A stretch of 59,364 bases of DNA, the filler included, from Circinaria calcarea (taxonomy: Eukaryota): NCBI GenBank assembly GCA_051942165.1. It is 2 parts of 2 records of this genome, joined end to end, with 100 filler letters (N's around TTAATTAATTAA, not from the genome) between each part and the next. Parts side by side here need not be neighbours in the genome. Positions count along the whole stretch, not along the records: positions 1 to 29,864 come from JAVECS010000044.1; 1 more part is not named here. One strand, written 5' to 3'. The notes under the pieces are model-generated. The model made no database searches. It saw only the letters and a list, made by a program, of their open reading frames with translations, and had not been told where the DNA came from. A program made the translations under genes and the position numbers. The stretch's first letter is position 1, and every line of letters starts with the position of its first letter. This document shows, piece by piece, positions 1-12,750 of the stretch.

Positions 1-1042
1 TGAACCGAGAACGACAGCCAAGCTCTCCGTACTGACCGTAATTGTGAACCATATTAAAGTCACGAGCAGTGTGGTCGTGGTCAGTCCAGGAGCCGGAGCG
101 TAAATGCATAGGTACGGTTGAGTTTGTAGAATCCAGTGGAACTGGCTGAGTGGGAAAACCGAATTGCTTGATGACGCCGTCCGACGAGACTTCCTCCCTA
201 TATGCGTTTGGCTTGTCCTGCTCCGCGCGCTTTTGCTTGATACGAAGGACATCAGCGTAGGTGAGCGTCTCATGTCCATGGACCTTTAGGTCTTCACCAC
301 CGAGCTTGACAATCAGGTCCGCCACATCGCCGAGCTTCTCGATGGTGTTGTTGATGATGAATTCTTCAGAAGCCTCTTTGGAGCAGCGATATCTACCGGC
401 TCCAATCATCTCGTTTCTACTGAGTGGGTAGTCCTCGGTCGTTACAAGCGCAGATGAAAGCGTCTTGACTACAGCAAGGTTATCGGATGGAGTGCCCTGG
501 GAATGGTCCTCACTGGCACGGGTTGATCGATAACCCTGCCACGCTGTCCCTTCATTCTGGGTTGAAGCATCCCTTGCTGGTAGACCTTTGAGAGCCAGAT
601 CAAATTCTGTATCCGTACAGAAGCCGAAGTCTTTGTTACGATTCGAGCGCGAACTATTGGCGCGACGAGCACAACCGCAAATTCCATACTTTCCACAGAC
701 CTCGCAAAGGCATTTCGACGTCTCCTTCAATACGATGGGAGAAGCGACAGGTACAACCAAGGACTGTAGGATGTTTGGTGCTGCCACTGCACTGTCTTGA
801 GTAGATGGTCTAGAGGGCTCCGTGATGGTCGACAGTGACGACGCCGAGCTAGTTTGCGATCCAGACGGGGAGCTGGCAATGGCTCTGCATTTATTGTCTG
901 CTTTATTCGCAGCCTTGACAAACCCCCACGCTACCTTGAATGCCTGCAGCTGTTGCGCCAGGTCTCCGTTGATGACACGCTTCTTGTGTTGGTGCAATGG
1001 TACTGCGATGCATGAGCTGGCTGGTGGAGGAGAAAGGAACAT
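1..1042 (-). CDS. Hypothetical protein, 3'-truncated by the window edge (>=347 aa)
   Basis: Manual translation of the minus strand gives an uninterrupted frame from ATG 1042 (MFLSPPPASSCIAVPLHQHKK...) to base 1, including a Cys cluster CLCEVCGKYGICGC. It is absent from the ORF track because no stop falls in the window. No family recognised. Confidence 0.6.
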   Translation of the reverse strand, partial: MFLSPPPASSCIAVPLHQHKKRVINGDLAQQLQAFKVAWGFVKAANKADNKCRAIASSPSGSQTSSASSLSTITEPSRPSTQDSAVAAPNILQSLVVPVASPIVLKETSKCLCEVCGKYGICGCARRANSSRSNRNKDFGFCTDTEFDLALKGLPARDASTQNEGTAWQGYRSTRASEDHSQGTPSDNLAVVKTLSSALVTTEDYPLSRNEMIGAGRYRCSKEASEEFIINNTIEKLGDVADLIVKLGGEDLKVHGHETLTYADVLRIKQKRAEQDKPNAYREEVSSDGVIKQFGFPTQPVPLDSTNSTVPMHLRSGSWTDHDHTARDFNMVHNYGQYGELGCRSRF

Positions 1043-2193
1043 GTTCCCTTTGGCAAAGACTCACCGCTTGTGACCTTTTCAGTGACTCCTACCACGGTGA
1101 ACGCCATGACACGGACTCTCGTGGGTCACAGCTGAGATACAAGTTCGTAATATCCACCGGTGTCGCCCGCTTTAATACCGTAGTCTCAATCAATGCTTCT
1201 TGAAGCACACTGCCGTCGATAAAGCTACGGCAGATACACGTGGAGTAAAAGATCGATATTGATGCAGTGAAGGAGAGTGTGAATATCACGGCGGAAAAGG
1301 GAACATTTGGCGTCGATTAAAAGTCCAAACGGTCAATGCATCCGTTAACCGAGAGTGTTTACCAGCCCCCCCCCCGGATCGTTAGGGCACCGATCGTGCA
1401 TCCCGGAGCTTTACGGAGCAAACCAGACCAAATGAAGCCTGGTATCTCCTTACCTTCTCAAAGCTTCGAGGATCAGCCCCACCGCTTCGAGGGCTCCACT
1501 CTCCGAGATCCGCCTCGGCTGCAGATGCTCCACCGCACCGAATTGACTTTTCCGTTGCCACGCTTGACTCCAGAGGTTCCCGGGTAGTGGCTTCCCCACG
1601 TGAGGAAAACATGCATGCTGTCAATGTGGCAGCCGCCCATGATCCGGCCCATAGTTTTGCAGTGTCGACCAACCGGTTACAGGCCAACCGAAACCATTGT
1701 CTTCGGATAGCTATGGTGTATCAAAACAGCACAACAACTCTGGCCTGCACGTATGATGAGGAGTTGCCGAAGCAGTGCTTGACCCTCAAGCATCGTGCTG
1801 CCAGGTGAAATCCCACGGCGGAAGACCAATCAGACGTATCCATTGGGCCGGGAAGACAAGCCCGTTCAGTCATGTGAGCTTCCCCAGGCACTCTGGATAG
1901 GCGGCACTGCATGAAACAAGAAGCACGGTCCTAGATCCTCTGCTGTTCTCGTCCCGGTTCTGACATCGATCAGACATGTCAGGTCTTCCTTGCCGGAGGG
2001 TTGTTTTGCTGTTGTTGGATTTAAGGAGACATCATGACTATTACAAGCTTGATGAAGGAAAGAAACAGCCCGTTTTAAGGCTGCTTGACCGACTACGTAA
2101 TCTCATATAGACTTGGCATACAATGAGACATGACGTATGAGATCCAGCATTCTCCAAACATAACCATCTCTCACGCACGACAGTCACCACACT

Positions 2194-2263
2194 TGGGAAA
2201 GCCACGGGTATAATGGGAAAGCCACGGGCATAATGGGAAAGCAACGGGCACAATGCGAAGGCC
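2194..2263. repeat. Tandem repeat, 20-bp unit (TGGGAAAGCCACGGGYATAA) x ~3.5
   Basis: tgggaaagccacgggtataa / tgggaaagccacgggcataa / tgggaaagcaacgggcacaa / tgcgaaggcc read directly. Confidence 0.9.
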
Positions 2264-2755
2264 TTCCATCTTGAAGGTCATACCACTTGCCAGTCTTCCA
2301 TTGATCGGTGAAGCGCCCAAGCCGATTTGTCAGCTTCCATTGTGTATTCACTCCCAGAGCTTGTCAAGCCCCTTTGCCAAAATGGGAAAAGGTACAGTAA
2401 TAAGGGGAAATCATTCTCTCAAGTCAACGAGCCTCCCAGATGGTTGGGGATTGTAAACATAGCTCATCCAAGCCCTACACTCAACGGCCTTCCAGCATCC
2501 CTCAGAGAGTGAGCCTCAGTTCATAACCATCACCTGAATGATCAGACGGCAGGCACAACCTTATCAGACCGACATGGGAAAGAAGCACCGACGTCGGAGA
2601 AAAATAAGCCCGATATTCTCAGCCTTATCAACTATTCCATCGTTCGTTTGTTATCGCCGAACTTTCTCCGAGGAATATAAACTCCAATTCGATCTTTGCC
2701 TTATAATACACAATCACTCTTTCTACCCCAAACTGCGCCAACTACACACCCTCCA

Positions 2756-3472
2756 ATGGCAACGTAGGTACGCTCCCCTTCCTAACAAACCTCCTCAGCC
2801 TTCCCATCTCGTTAACCCTACTACCCCCCACACAGCAATATAACATGGCACCCCTCCCTCACCCGCCCGGAGCGCAACGCCCTCCGCAAACAACGCGGCC
2901 TAACAATCTGGTTCACCGGCCTCTCGGCGAGCGGAAAATCCACCATCGCCACCGCCCTTGAACAGCATCTTCTGCATCTCGGCTTTGCTGCTTACCGGCT
3001 CGACGGCGACAATGTGCGCTTCGGGTTGAACAAAGACCTTGGCTTCAGCGAGAAAGATCGAGCGGAGAATATCAGACGGATCGCCGAGGTTGCGAAACTG
3101 TTCGCCGATTCGTCGGCGATAGCATTGACGTCATTCATCTCGCCTTATCGAGCGGATCGGGCGCTGGCGAGGGCTTTGCACGTGACGCCTACTGCAGATC
3201 TTGCGGACCCGGGAATCCCGTTTATAGAGGTTTATATCGATATACCGCTCTCTGTTGCCGAAGCGAGGGATCCCAAGGGTCTGTATGCGAAGGCGAGAAA
3301 CGGGGAAATCAAAGAATTCACGGGGATCTCGGCTCCGTATGAGGGACCTGAAAATCCGGAATTGAGGATCAGGAGCGACCAATGCACAGTCGAGGAGGCA
3401 GTGACGGAAATAGTGGAATATCTGGAGGGGAGGGGACTGCTAGGGTTGGGGGAGAAGGTGAAGCAAGTTTGA
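2756..3472 (+). CDS. MET14: Adenylyl-sulfate (APS) kinase
   Basis: ATG 2756, intron 2764-2835 (gtaggt...cacag). Spliced protein [16 protein letters not shown]...[14 protein letters not shown] (P-loop), [26 protein letters not shown]. Confidence 0.96.
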
Positions 3473-3659
3473 GGTTACGGAAGATTGGTAGACGAGTAGA
3501 AGCAAAAACGTCGATCTACCTCGAATCTGAATTTAAATATGTGGCGGCCTGTACATGTATATATTTGTAAATACAAGCCACCATGAAAGTGCAATATTCA
3601 TAGTCACGCCTCACGGTTGCTTGAAAGATAACGCTCAACAATATTGACGGCTCAACGGC

Positions 3660-5089
3660 TCAATTGATTTCGAATTCGTAGCATACATATGCTGAATAGT
3701 CACCGCCGTCACCCATGTGACCGGCAGCCTGCATATCCGCCGAAGTGGACGAGTCCTCCTTTGTGACTCTGCCCTTCTTGTCGCGGCCGAAGGCGTTACC
3801 GGCAAGGTAGGAGTAAGATTTGTCTAATGAGCTTCGAACTCTCTTGGCGAGTTTAGTAGTCGTCTGCCGGAGACCACCATGTCAGCTACGGGTTCTATAA
3901 AGCTACGAAAATGCTTCGGATGATCTACATACCTTGACAAGACCGCAGACAAACTGCAGAGGTAGACCGTACCGAAGCACCGTCTCCACAAACACCCTCA
4001 GTGCTAAGACATGTACCCATGCCATGACGGCCTCTGACCATCCCGCCCTCCCCAGTCGCAACGCCTCTCCCCATACTTTCCTTTCCTCCTTCCTTACTCT
4101 CTCCACCTCCTTTTGCTCCTCTTCTCTCCCATTCTCCTTGAACTTGAAATCTCGAGGTACCCACTTTTGTTCTCGGGCCTTGTGGATGAACTCTGGGCTA
4201 TATTTCTTAAAACATGTAATGGCGTATAGAGTGAATTCCTCATCCGAGTCTATCTCTTGAGCGGACCGGGGTACTACCCATGAGGCGATTGTCTCGTAGC
4301 TTCTGATGAAATCTCGGGTAAGGTTCTTGGGTACGGCGATGAGGTGTGTCTCGAGGTATTCGGAGTCTCGAATGATGACGGAAGGATTGACAATAGAGGT
4401 GAGGGACTTGTTAGATAGGTTTCCGCTGAATTCTTACGTTAGCTTTGTAACTTATGCGACTAGGATGACCGATTGGCTTACGTTTGCTTCCTTTCTAGAG
4501 CGGTGAGAGTGGTTTTGATCTGATTGTATTGATTATATTTGCTCTTGACGTCGTTATCTATGCTGGTAACTTCCTAACCCAGCTGCGGTCAGTAACCTAT
4601 CCGTCGTGAATCCAACTGCTTGACGCAATCCCTTTCTGCGAATACCTTTTGCAGCGTATCTATTAGTTCTCCAATAGGTTTATCCACCCTATACTTGAGC
4701 TTATTCCAACTAAAAGCCTTCAAGTACTGATCGACCCCCTCTTACATAACATCAGCAAGTAGCCAATTGACCGGCATAATCAACTAACTATCATTGACCG
4801 TCTTTTGCTCTGCTACTTTCCGCTCATCTCCCTCCAGTATAGTATTCAAAGACTCCCCGACTTTGCCTACCACAGATCCACAGGCACTGTCGAGCTTCGC
4901 CAGCTCATCCGCTTGTTGAACGAGGGCATCAAGAGTGCCGATCTTGAATTCGGGTATTGGAAAGGGGAAGACGGTACCGTTGTCCGTGGTCACGCCAGAG
5001 CGTAGAGCAGTCAGAGCTTCGTCGTGGTCGTTGGAAGGGGATATCGAGGTAGGGAGGGATACCAGAAGATACCTGGTGGATTTGGACAT
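3660..5089 (-). CDS. VMA5: V-type ATPase V1 subunit C
   Basis: FPIPEFKIGTLDALVQQADELAKLD at the N-terminus; ALRVFVETVLRYGLP; C-terminus YSAYVCYEFEIN* (stop 3660-3662). Four GT-AG introns. Confidence 0.95.
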
Positions 5090-6160
5090 ACTGTGACCAG
5101 TTTAAGGAGATATTTGCAGCATCAATTATCAAAAGGACTCGTGCGTATTTTTCGGAGTCGTTAAGCGGTCTGTCACTGGTTGCAGGGATAAGTTTATCAG
5201 GGCTCGCGGACCAAGGCTTGGCGCGATGACGTGAAAGTCTCGCTTCCAAGTCTTTCACGACATTGAGTACTTCGTATATCTTCCGATGAAGCGTTTCTAT
5301 CCCATATCGCCAGTCGGTATCTACAACTTGCTTCACCTTTATAGACACGTCCAGGAGCGCCTTTGAACAGCGAACACTATACATGAAGAGATTTGGATAT
5401 GGGTCCCGCACCTCCAGGCTTGATATCAAAACAAGCGGGTGGTCTCAGAGTCTCCCCCGGCATTGCTAATTTCTAGCCCACTACGGTCTTCAAGCTGCTG
5501 GCTGTACGGAGTGCTCAGATCTCTTTCCCTCATCAACCAGTCACTGAAAGATCCTCCGTCAGCGGAAATCTGAGACGAGGAGTAGTATTCTCTTGCTACC
5601 GGGAGTTGAGATTTGCAACTGGGATGAGATCTGCTGTAGAGGTTACACGTCGTTGAGTCGTATGATTTGCTGATAATAAATGGATTTTGGAACGTCACAC
5701 CCAAACGGATGTACGTTGGTGCTCAAAGGCGAGTGAGGATTTGACCTCTTTAGCCGTTGGAACATCACGAGAAAACCCTCTAGGGTTAGGGCTTCTCACG
5801 TTGGGCTAATCCTAATCAGGAGGCTGTAAAATCTGCTGATTGGGAGTAAACACTCGGTCGCGACTACTACATACCCTTTTCGGTACCTGTGCAGTAAATA
5901 TGGGTCCCAGTCAGTTGAGTTGATGCATCAGAAAAACACCCGTCATATATACTACTAGTATGCTGGTACTTCGTACAATCTTTTGTATGTTTGGAAAGTC
6001 AGCCCTGCTAGCAAGGTATCATCGTCACGTGACGGTGTGCCGAGGCGTTTTGAGATACGCAATCGATGTGCCAAGTTAAGGTATGTAATCAAATTCTTTC
6101 CGGGCTTTAATACCCGATACGTACGCGAGTCTATATGGCCTTGCTCTGCGCATCATCCAG

Positions 6161-7184
6161 ATGTCAATCTATCGGACGGCCTGTCGTTCCAAATTTTGCC
6201 GCAGAGAAAGTTTTTTTCATTCAGTAGGAACGTTCCCTTTACTCCCAAAGCCTACGCGTGAATTTCGACTTTATAGCTACAGTATGTGTACACATGTTCT
6301 AGCCGTCTCTGTGCTTGGGCCTTCTTGGAAAATCTGTCAGTTCGAGACTCGATCCTAATAGTCAGTAATTTATAGCTCCTCGAGTTCTACTAAAATCCGG
6401 GCCTTCGAGTCTCCGCCGCTTCCTCTCCTTCTGTGCCATTTCTATCTTCTTCACCTCGGCAGGATTTCTCATGGCTACAGCTCCCGCCATCCCCGCTATC
6501 AATGGCCTTATCTCACCTCCTACCGACGCTGAATCTCTGAGTTTGTTTGAGCCCCCGGACGAGCTCTCAGCCGAAGCCGACAGCTTCATTAAGAATCATC
6601 CACTGGCACAGTCGCTTCGCCAAAATCCTGATTTCAGAGAGTCAAGGCCACACTTGAAGATCCCCGAAGCAGCGCGAAGTCAAAATCTCACGGGCGGTAC
6701 ACTCATGGGGCCGGACAAGATCTGGGTTCCTCCACTTGCGTTCAATGAGAAAGGGGGCAAATCAGCAGTACTCATCTACTATCTTGGCAAAGACCTATGC
6801 GGTCATCCAGGTATCGTTCATGGAGGACTACTGGCTACAATCCTTGATGAGGGCATGGCAAGATGCTGTTTCGCTGCTCTGCCAAATAAAGTGGGTATGA
6901 CAGCTAATTTGACCGTAAATTACCGGGCACCGCTCCCTAGCGACACTTATGTTTGTTTACGAGCCAAGACAACAAAGGTAGAAGGCAGGAAAGCTTGGGT
7001 GGAAGGTAGGATAGAGGCGTTGACGGTAGACGGGGAGACACCAGTTGTGTATGTAGAGGCTACGGCGCTCTTCATCGAACCAAGGCAGGCCGCGGTGAGT
7101 GGATCTGATAACCTCAGGTGTGGCATGAACGAACCACTGACAGGGTCGCAGGCAATGGCAAGGCTTTATCCGGTTGGGGAATAG
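6161..7184 (+). CDS. Hotdog-fold (PaaI/4HBT-type) thioesterase with a probable mitochondrial presequence
   Basis: Exon 1 6161-6281 (MSIYRTACRSKFCRR..., Arg/Ser rich) joins ORF 6471 in frame via intron 6282-6375. Motifs CGHPGIVHGGLLATILDE and TANLTVNYRAP. A second, in-frame intron at 7095-7151. Confidence 0.85.
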
Positions 7185-8585
7185 AAGTTGAAATATGTAT
7201 AACACGACAATACTGGTGCAGTCGAATACATCTATTGCTGAATAGGCATAGAATAATAAGTACAATATTATTGTATATACATGCTCTCCCTTTGGTCTGT
7301 TTGAATTCCTAGACTTAATAGGCCTGCGTTATAGTCCGACCGTTCAGACCTAGGAGTAAGCGACGCCTCCTCTGAGATAATTGCTATATCGCTAGTTCTT
7401 ACAACGCTCTTGTGAATTTGACTATTCTACGGAAACGGCTGGAGGACGATGTCAAGTTTGTTGAGTCACAGAAGCAGACGCGTGTTAGGCTCTCGCTGCC
7501 TTTGCGATTCTAACCATGCTGCCCCTTCTAGGAAGTTGTTGTCTTGTCACCTTCTTGGAGGACTTTCATGAAAATTAGTCTTTGAGTGGGATGCTGAGCT
7601 AGGAGACTCTCAAGCATGTCCAATCGAAAAACAAAGTACAACTGCGAGGTTTTCACTGCCTCTCCATCCCTATCTGCCTTGCGCGGATGGTACCTCCCTG
7701 ATATAAATCGAGGAGTTGCACAAAGAAAGTGGGGAAATTTCGAGCATCAGGAGGAGAAGCTCCAAGGTTTAGGAAAGTAAATGAAGAGATACTCAAATTC
7801 CGTTGGTATATATTGGTATTAGAATTTGCCTTCTGGATGGTCGGTTTCTGGTTGAGAGAGTCATCTTTACTTAAGGCATTTGTGCTGTTGAGAAGGATTG
7901 TATGGTTTTCATATGAGTCTCTTTGTGAGCACGACCATCGGTCCGAGTGTGCTTAAAACATGTGTACCCATGCCAAATGTAGGACATCTTCTAGTAGCTA
8001 GAGCATGGGCGGTAGCTTACTTGGATTCAAAGGGGGATCTTCACTACATGATCTTGATTCTACTATTTCTCTTGTGACTGGGACGGGCTGTTGAGCGAGG
8101 AGTCAAGCTGCGGTCGGTAGGTCAACGCATTAGAGTCGTTTTTGATCTCAACATACTTCATAGACTTCGCCCTTCCTTCCTCTTTGAAGCGCAAAGGAGC
8201 GGGGCAATGGTGTGCGACTATCTATCGTAACGTAGTCAACTCTGTTTTCACGAACTACTGCACTCAAACGGACTTAACTTCGTATGGCTTACTGGCAGCT
8301 CGTATTGAGAAGCATCGCGGCCGTAATTAAATAGAATAAACGGGATGTTCTACGGCGGCTAGTTGAAGCGTTAAAGTATGCGCGCGGGTATTTTTTTTCT
8401 TAAACTCCAACAGGAAATTAACAGTTGATGCTCGGCGCCGTATAAGTATTTCTCTAGCCTATTTCACACCTAGCCTTGCCCTCCATTCATCAATAGGGTT
8501 TCCTTCGTATCAGAGCTTTCTAGCTAGGGAAAAAGCAGCGGCAAGTACGAAGTAACCTAGGATTGTCGACATGAATCGCTGAGAT

Positions 8586-11500
8586 ATGGATCTTCCAACC
8601 TTTAATACTGATGCCTTATCGAGTCTGACAAAACGAATTGAGACAAACTTGAAGAAGCCTACAGATCAAGAAATTAAGACTTCAACCAAGCCACAGACTC
8701 GAGCAAAGAAGAAGACTGCGAATCACGAAAACGCAGTAAATGAACTAAGAGACGAGAAACAATTGCGGGGAAAGAAAAGACTGCATGACGGGGAAGTAAA
8801 AGGGCCTAGAGAAAAATATGAAGGAAGGAAGTCTACTGGTGCAGTTGATAATCCAAAGGGAAATGAACTTAGGCACTCTAAGTTTAATGGATATGCCAAT
8901 GCAACGGACGGAGTTGACAACAGAGGCTCGCGAGTTAGCGTTGTCCTACGCAAACCGCTAAGTCACGGAAATTTGAAAGGGCATGGAGGAGCACCTAAGC
9001 TTGGAGCCAAAGATCGCACCAAGCAACCTAGCGATGCCAGACTGCCAATCAATGAGACGAAGCTTGCCAAAGGTCAACCTTCAGTGGCCTCCACCGCTCG
9101 CTCGACCGTGCAGGATGAGATCCTGATGCTTGGCGGTACACAGGAAGACCTTGAGCTAATTGAGGGGGCCGGGTCAGAGTCCGAATTCGAGGGATTAGCC
9201 TCGAATGTTTTGAGTGGCAAGCTTGCAGCGGAGCTCAAGAAGATGGTCAGGGGTCTTGGTATACAAGAGGCCGGAGTTCAAAAAGACTCACTATCTCCTA
9301 ATAATAATGGACCGGTGGAGGCAGTGGAGGAAATGCATCCCAACGACATCGCTGTAGAACCAAGAAAGCAACTTGGCAAGAGGAAAGAGGAAGCGGAAGC
9401 TGGCGCTAAAGTGGCAGTACGTCTGAAATTTAGACCCCGCTCAGACTGGCACGCTGCCGAGTTGCCTCCCTTGCCAAGCTCCACGAAATCGCGCCCAATG
9501 CCGTCCAAAAACACGGTTGACGGACTGTTCCAGCAAGCCAAGGAACTCTTAGAAAAGGAGAACAAGGACTATGCCCTTCGTAACAGAAACTCCTCCTCGG
9601 CGCACCAATTCTACTCTACCATCATGTCATCTGGAACATTATCGGATAAGATCTCGGCCTTAACTCTCTCAGCTCAAGAATCTCCACTTCACAATGTAAG
9701 GGCTTTGGAGAGCCTTGTCGGGTTGGCAAAGAAACGAAGTCGGGGACAAGCGGTTGAGGTACTTGGAGCATTGAAAGATCTTCTAGGGCCAGGTAATCTG
9801 CTACCTTCAGATCGGAAACTGAAGGCTTTCTCCGCCCAACCTGGGCTCTCTCTAGTCCTAGAGCCCTCAGCGAAAACATGGGACTCAAGCGCTTTACCAT
9901 CACCGATTGAAGAGATTCACCTTATCTCTTGGGCATACGAAGATTGGGTTAAATTCACATATTTCGATATATTGAAGATCATGGAGACTTGGTGTAATGA
10001 TGAAATTGTCTTCGCCCGGGGAAAGGCAATAGATTATGTCTATGAGCTCCTTAGAGATAAACCTGAACAAGAAGCCAATCTTCTCCGGTTACTAGTCAAC
10101 AAACTTGGTGATTCCGAGAAGAAGATTGCATCGAAGACATCATATAACATCCTTCAGCTTGAAACATCCCATCCTTCAATGAAACCAACAATCATTTCTG
10201 CCATTGAATCAGATCTTCTGTTTCGACCCGGTCAAAGCTTACATGCGAAATACTATGCTATTATCACACTCAATCAAACTGTTCTCAGCGGTAAAGAAGA
10301 GGCGGTTGCCAGGAAGTTACTGGACATCTACTTCGGTCTATTTGTTGGCCTTTTGACCAAATCAGAGCCGGTGAAGCCTCTCGTGCCTGCTGTTAGCGTG
10401 GTTACTCGCAATAAAAAGGGCGAAAAACAGGGCGGAGGGGGAGCAGGGGGTAAGAAGGCACAGAAAAAGCTTAAGCTGCAGGCGAAAAGTCTTGCAGTTG
10501 ACGAAGAATTGCGAGAGAAGATGTTATCTGCAGTTCTTACTGGAGTCAACCGGGCTATACCATTTACCAAAGCTGACGAACAATTTTTCGAGAAACACCT
10601 CGACACTCTCTTCCAAGTGACTCATTCTTCCAACTTTAATACGAGCATTCAAGCTCTCTTGCTAATTCAACAGCTATGCGGCTCCTATCAAGCTGCGTCG
10701 GACAGGTTCTACCGAACCTTGTATGAGTCGTTGCTTGATCCGAGGCTTCTGACTTCTTCAAAGCAAGCCATGTACCTGAATCTACTCTTCAGAGCGCTAC
10801 GGGCAGATCTAAAATTGAAAAGGGTGAAAGCTTTCGCCAAGCGACTCTTGCAGGTTGTGGCTATGCACCAAGCCTCTTTTACTTGTGGCGTGCTATATCT
10901 GCTGCGAGAACTCGAGAGAGTGTTTGCAAACTTACAGGTTTTCGTTGACCAACCGGAAGAAGATGCAAGCGATGAAGACGAGGATTTCCGTGACGTGGAA
11001 GAGGATGGCGATGAGGGTCAACCTGCACGTGCGGTAGCAATCCAGTCAATCGCCAAGGAGAATTCACAGATGTACAATGGAAGGAAACGCGAACCGGAAT
11101 ACAGTAACGCAGACAAGAGCTGTCTCTGGGAGCTCGTGAGGCTATTTCATCAACGCCTATCATTGTCAGTTGCTAACTGAGAACTTAGGACCCCTTACTC
11201 TTGCATTTTCACCCGTCCGTCTCTCTATTCGCTTCTAAGCTACTATACCACTATCCCATGGCTGCCAAGCCTGACTTAGCATCAAACACCCTTATTCATT
11301 TTCTTGACCGGTTTGTATACCGGAACCCTAAGAAAACAGCCAGTGGGCTACGAGGTGCATCAATCATGCAACCGTTAGCAGGTGGTGACACTAGTTGCCT
11401 CCTTATTTTAGCCCGCAGTAAGGCAGGTATGAAAGCGCCAGTCAACACAGAAGCATTCTGGAAGATGGAAGGCGGAAAAGTGGACGCTGATGAGGTATTT

Positions 11501-12031
11501 TTCCACAAGTATTTCAACACCATGGGACGAGGTAAGGAGCTGGCAGAGAACAAGAAGAAGGCAGAGCATAAAGGAGAAACCGGAGGTGATAGTGAGGAAG
11601 GAGAAGAAGACGAGGACGAAATATGGAAGGCATTGGTCGATTCAAGACCCGAATTAGAAGGGAACGAGGATAGCGATTTGGATGACGGCTTTGAGGACCC
11701 AGACTCGTCACTCGCAGGCAGCGCCGATGAAGCAATCCATGATGATGCGGGGGATATGCAGGACAATGGAAATGAGGGTATGTCCGATGACGACGAAGCT
11801 ATAGATTTCGGAGAGGACGATGACGCACTCCTAGGAAACGATGACGAGGTCGCCAGTGACCTGGAGGAGGCCTTCAAAGGTGAAGTGCAGTTCGGCTCGA
11901 CCAAGACTTCTGCTGTACCGAAGGAAGGGAAGCGGGAAAAGAAGAAGCGGAGGAAGTTGAAGAATCTGCCTACATTTGCGTCGGCGGAGGACTATGCGGC
12001 GATGTTGGATGGGGATGATGCGGAGAGCTGA
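8586..12031 (+). CDS. MAK21: Ribosome biogenesis protein Mak21/Noc1 (CBF/Mak21 family)
   Basis: SGTLSDKISALTL, KPEQEANLLRLLVNKLGD, DRFYRTLYESLLDPRL, YNGRKREPEYSNA, FLDRFVYRNPKK, C-terminal LPTFASAEDY. One intron at ~11137-11188. Confidence 0.95.
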
Positions 12032-12750
12032 GAAGGGGTACAATTCTTAAGCTATTTATTCTAGAGAATAGCTTCTCAAATGCAACGGACATCCCATCCA
12101 TCACACTATCCTACTTTTATATCATCTCCGTTTAAATGGAGGCATCTTAAACACCCCAGCTCCCAGAATAATGCTGCTGCTAAAATCCATATCCCAAAGA
12201 GAACCGCGATGTACAAACCCTGCGACTGCTCGGTCGCCCACGAAGGGACCTCGATCCGATACCCACCCAAAGCTACGTTCTGGGAACCAAGCCGGCATTG
12301 ACCAAGTTGCTAGAAAACGGGGTCTATGAACGGGGGTCAATGGGACGGGGATGCAGCAGTGGCGCAACGGCGAATAACTGCCGGCACCTCTCGTTAAACG
12401 TGTTCAAGGAATGGGAAGTAGTTTGCTAGATGGGGTTGCGTTTCCAGATCGGTATGGGTAAGCGCCGCTTGAAGGGTACAGTGGCCATGTCTGCTGAAGC
12501 ATGTTGAGGGTATGTGGAGGGTGCCAAGTCCATGGGGGCAGGCGAAGAAGATGGGACGTGTTATGGGAGGGTGCCGTGTTGGTATTACCAGGATATTGCC
12601 GATGATTGTATGCTGGCTTCACGAATATATATAATCAGGGGAAAGTCTCGTCATATAACTTCATTCGTACAAACCAACCATGAAGACTAGTTCGATCCCT
12701 GGTGCACTGGCTATCACAAGCCAAGCCTTGCAACCCGAAGAACCGTTCAC

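Noticed and set aside
2194..2263. Repeat array as CRISPR-like
   Set aside because: Head-to-tail units with no spacers, no cas genes, eukaryotic context
5781..5791. CCCTAACCCTA on the minus strand as a telomerase RNA template
   Set aside because: Only ~700 nt remain before the VMA5 start, too little for a 1.5-2 kb-class Pezizomycotina telomerase RNA. The motif is self-paired, and no pseudoknot or CR4/5-like element was seen.
11296..11904. 202-aa Ser-rich antisense ORF (and similar antisense ORFs over other genes)
   Set aside because: Shadow of the Asp/Glu-rich MAK21 coding strand, an expected by-product of codon composition
12122..12622. Two minus-strand ORFs in one frame separated by a single TGA (readthrough or pseudogene?)
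   Set aside because: Non-ATG starts, no recognisable domain, and location within the likely 3' UTRs of MAK21/GCV1; unsupported
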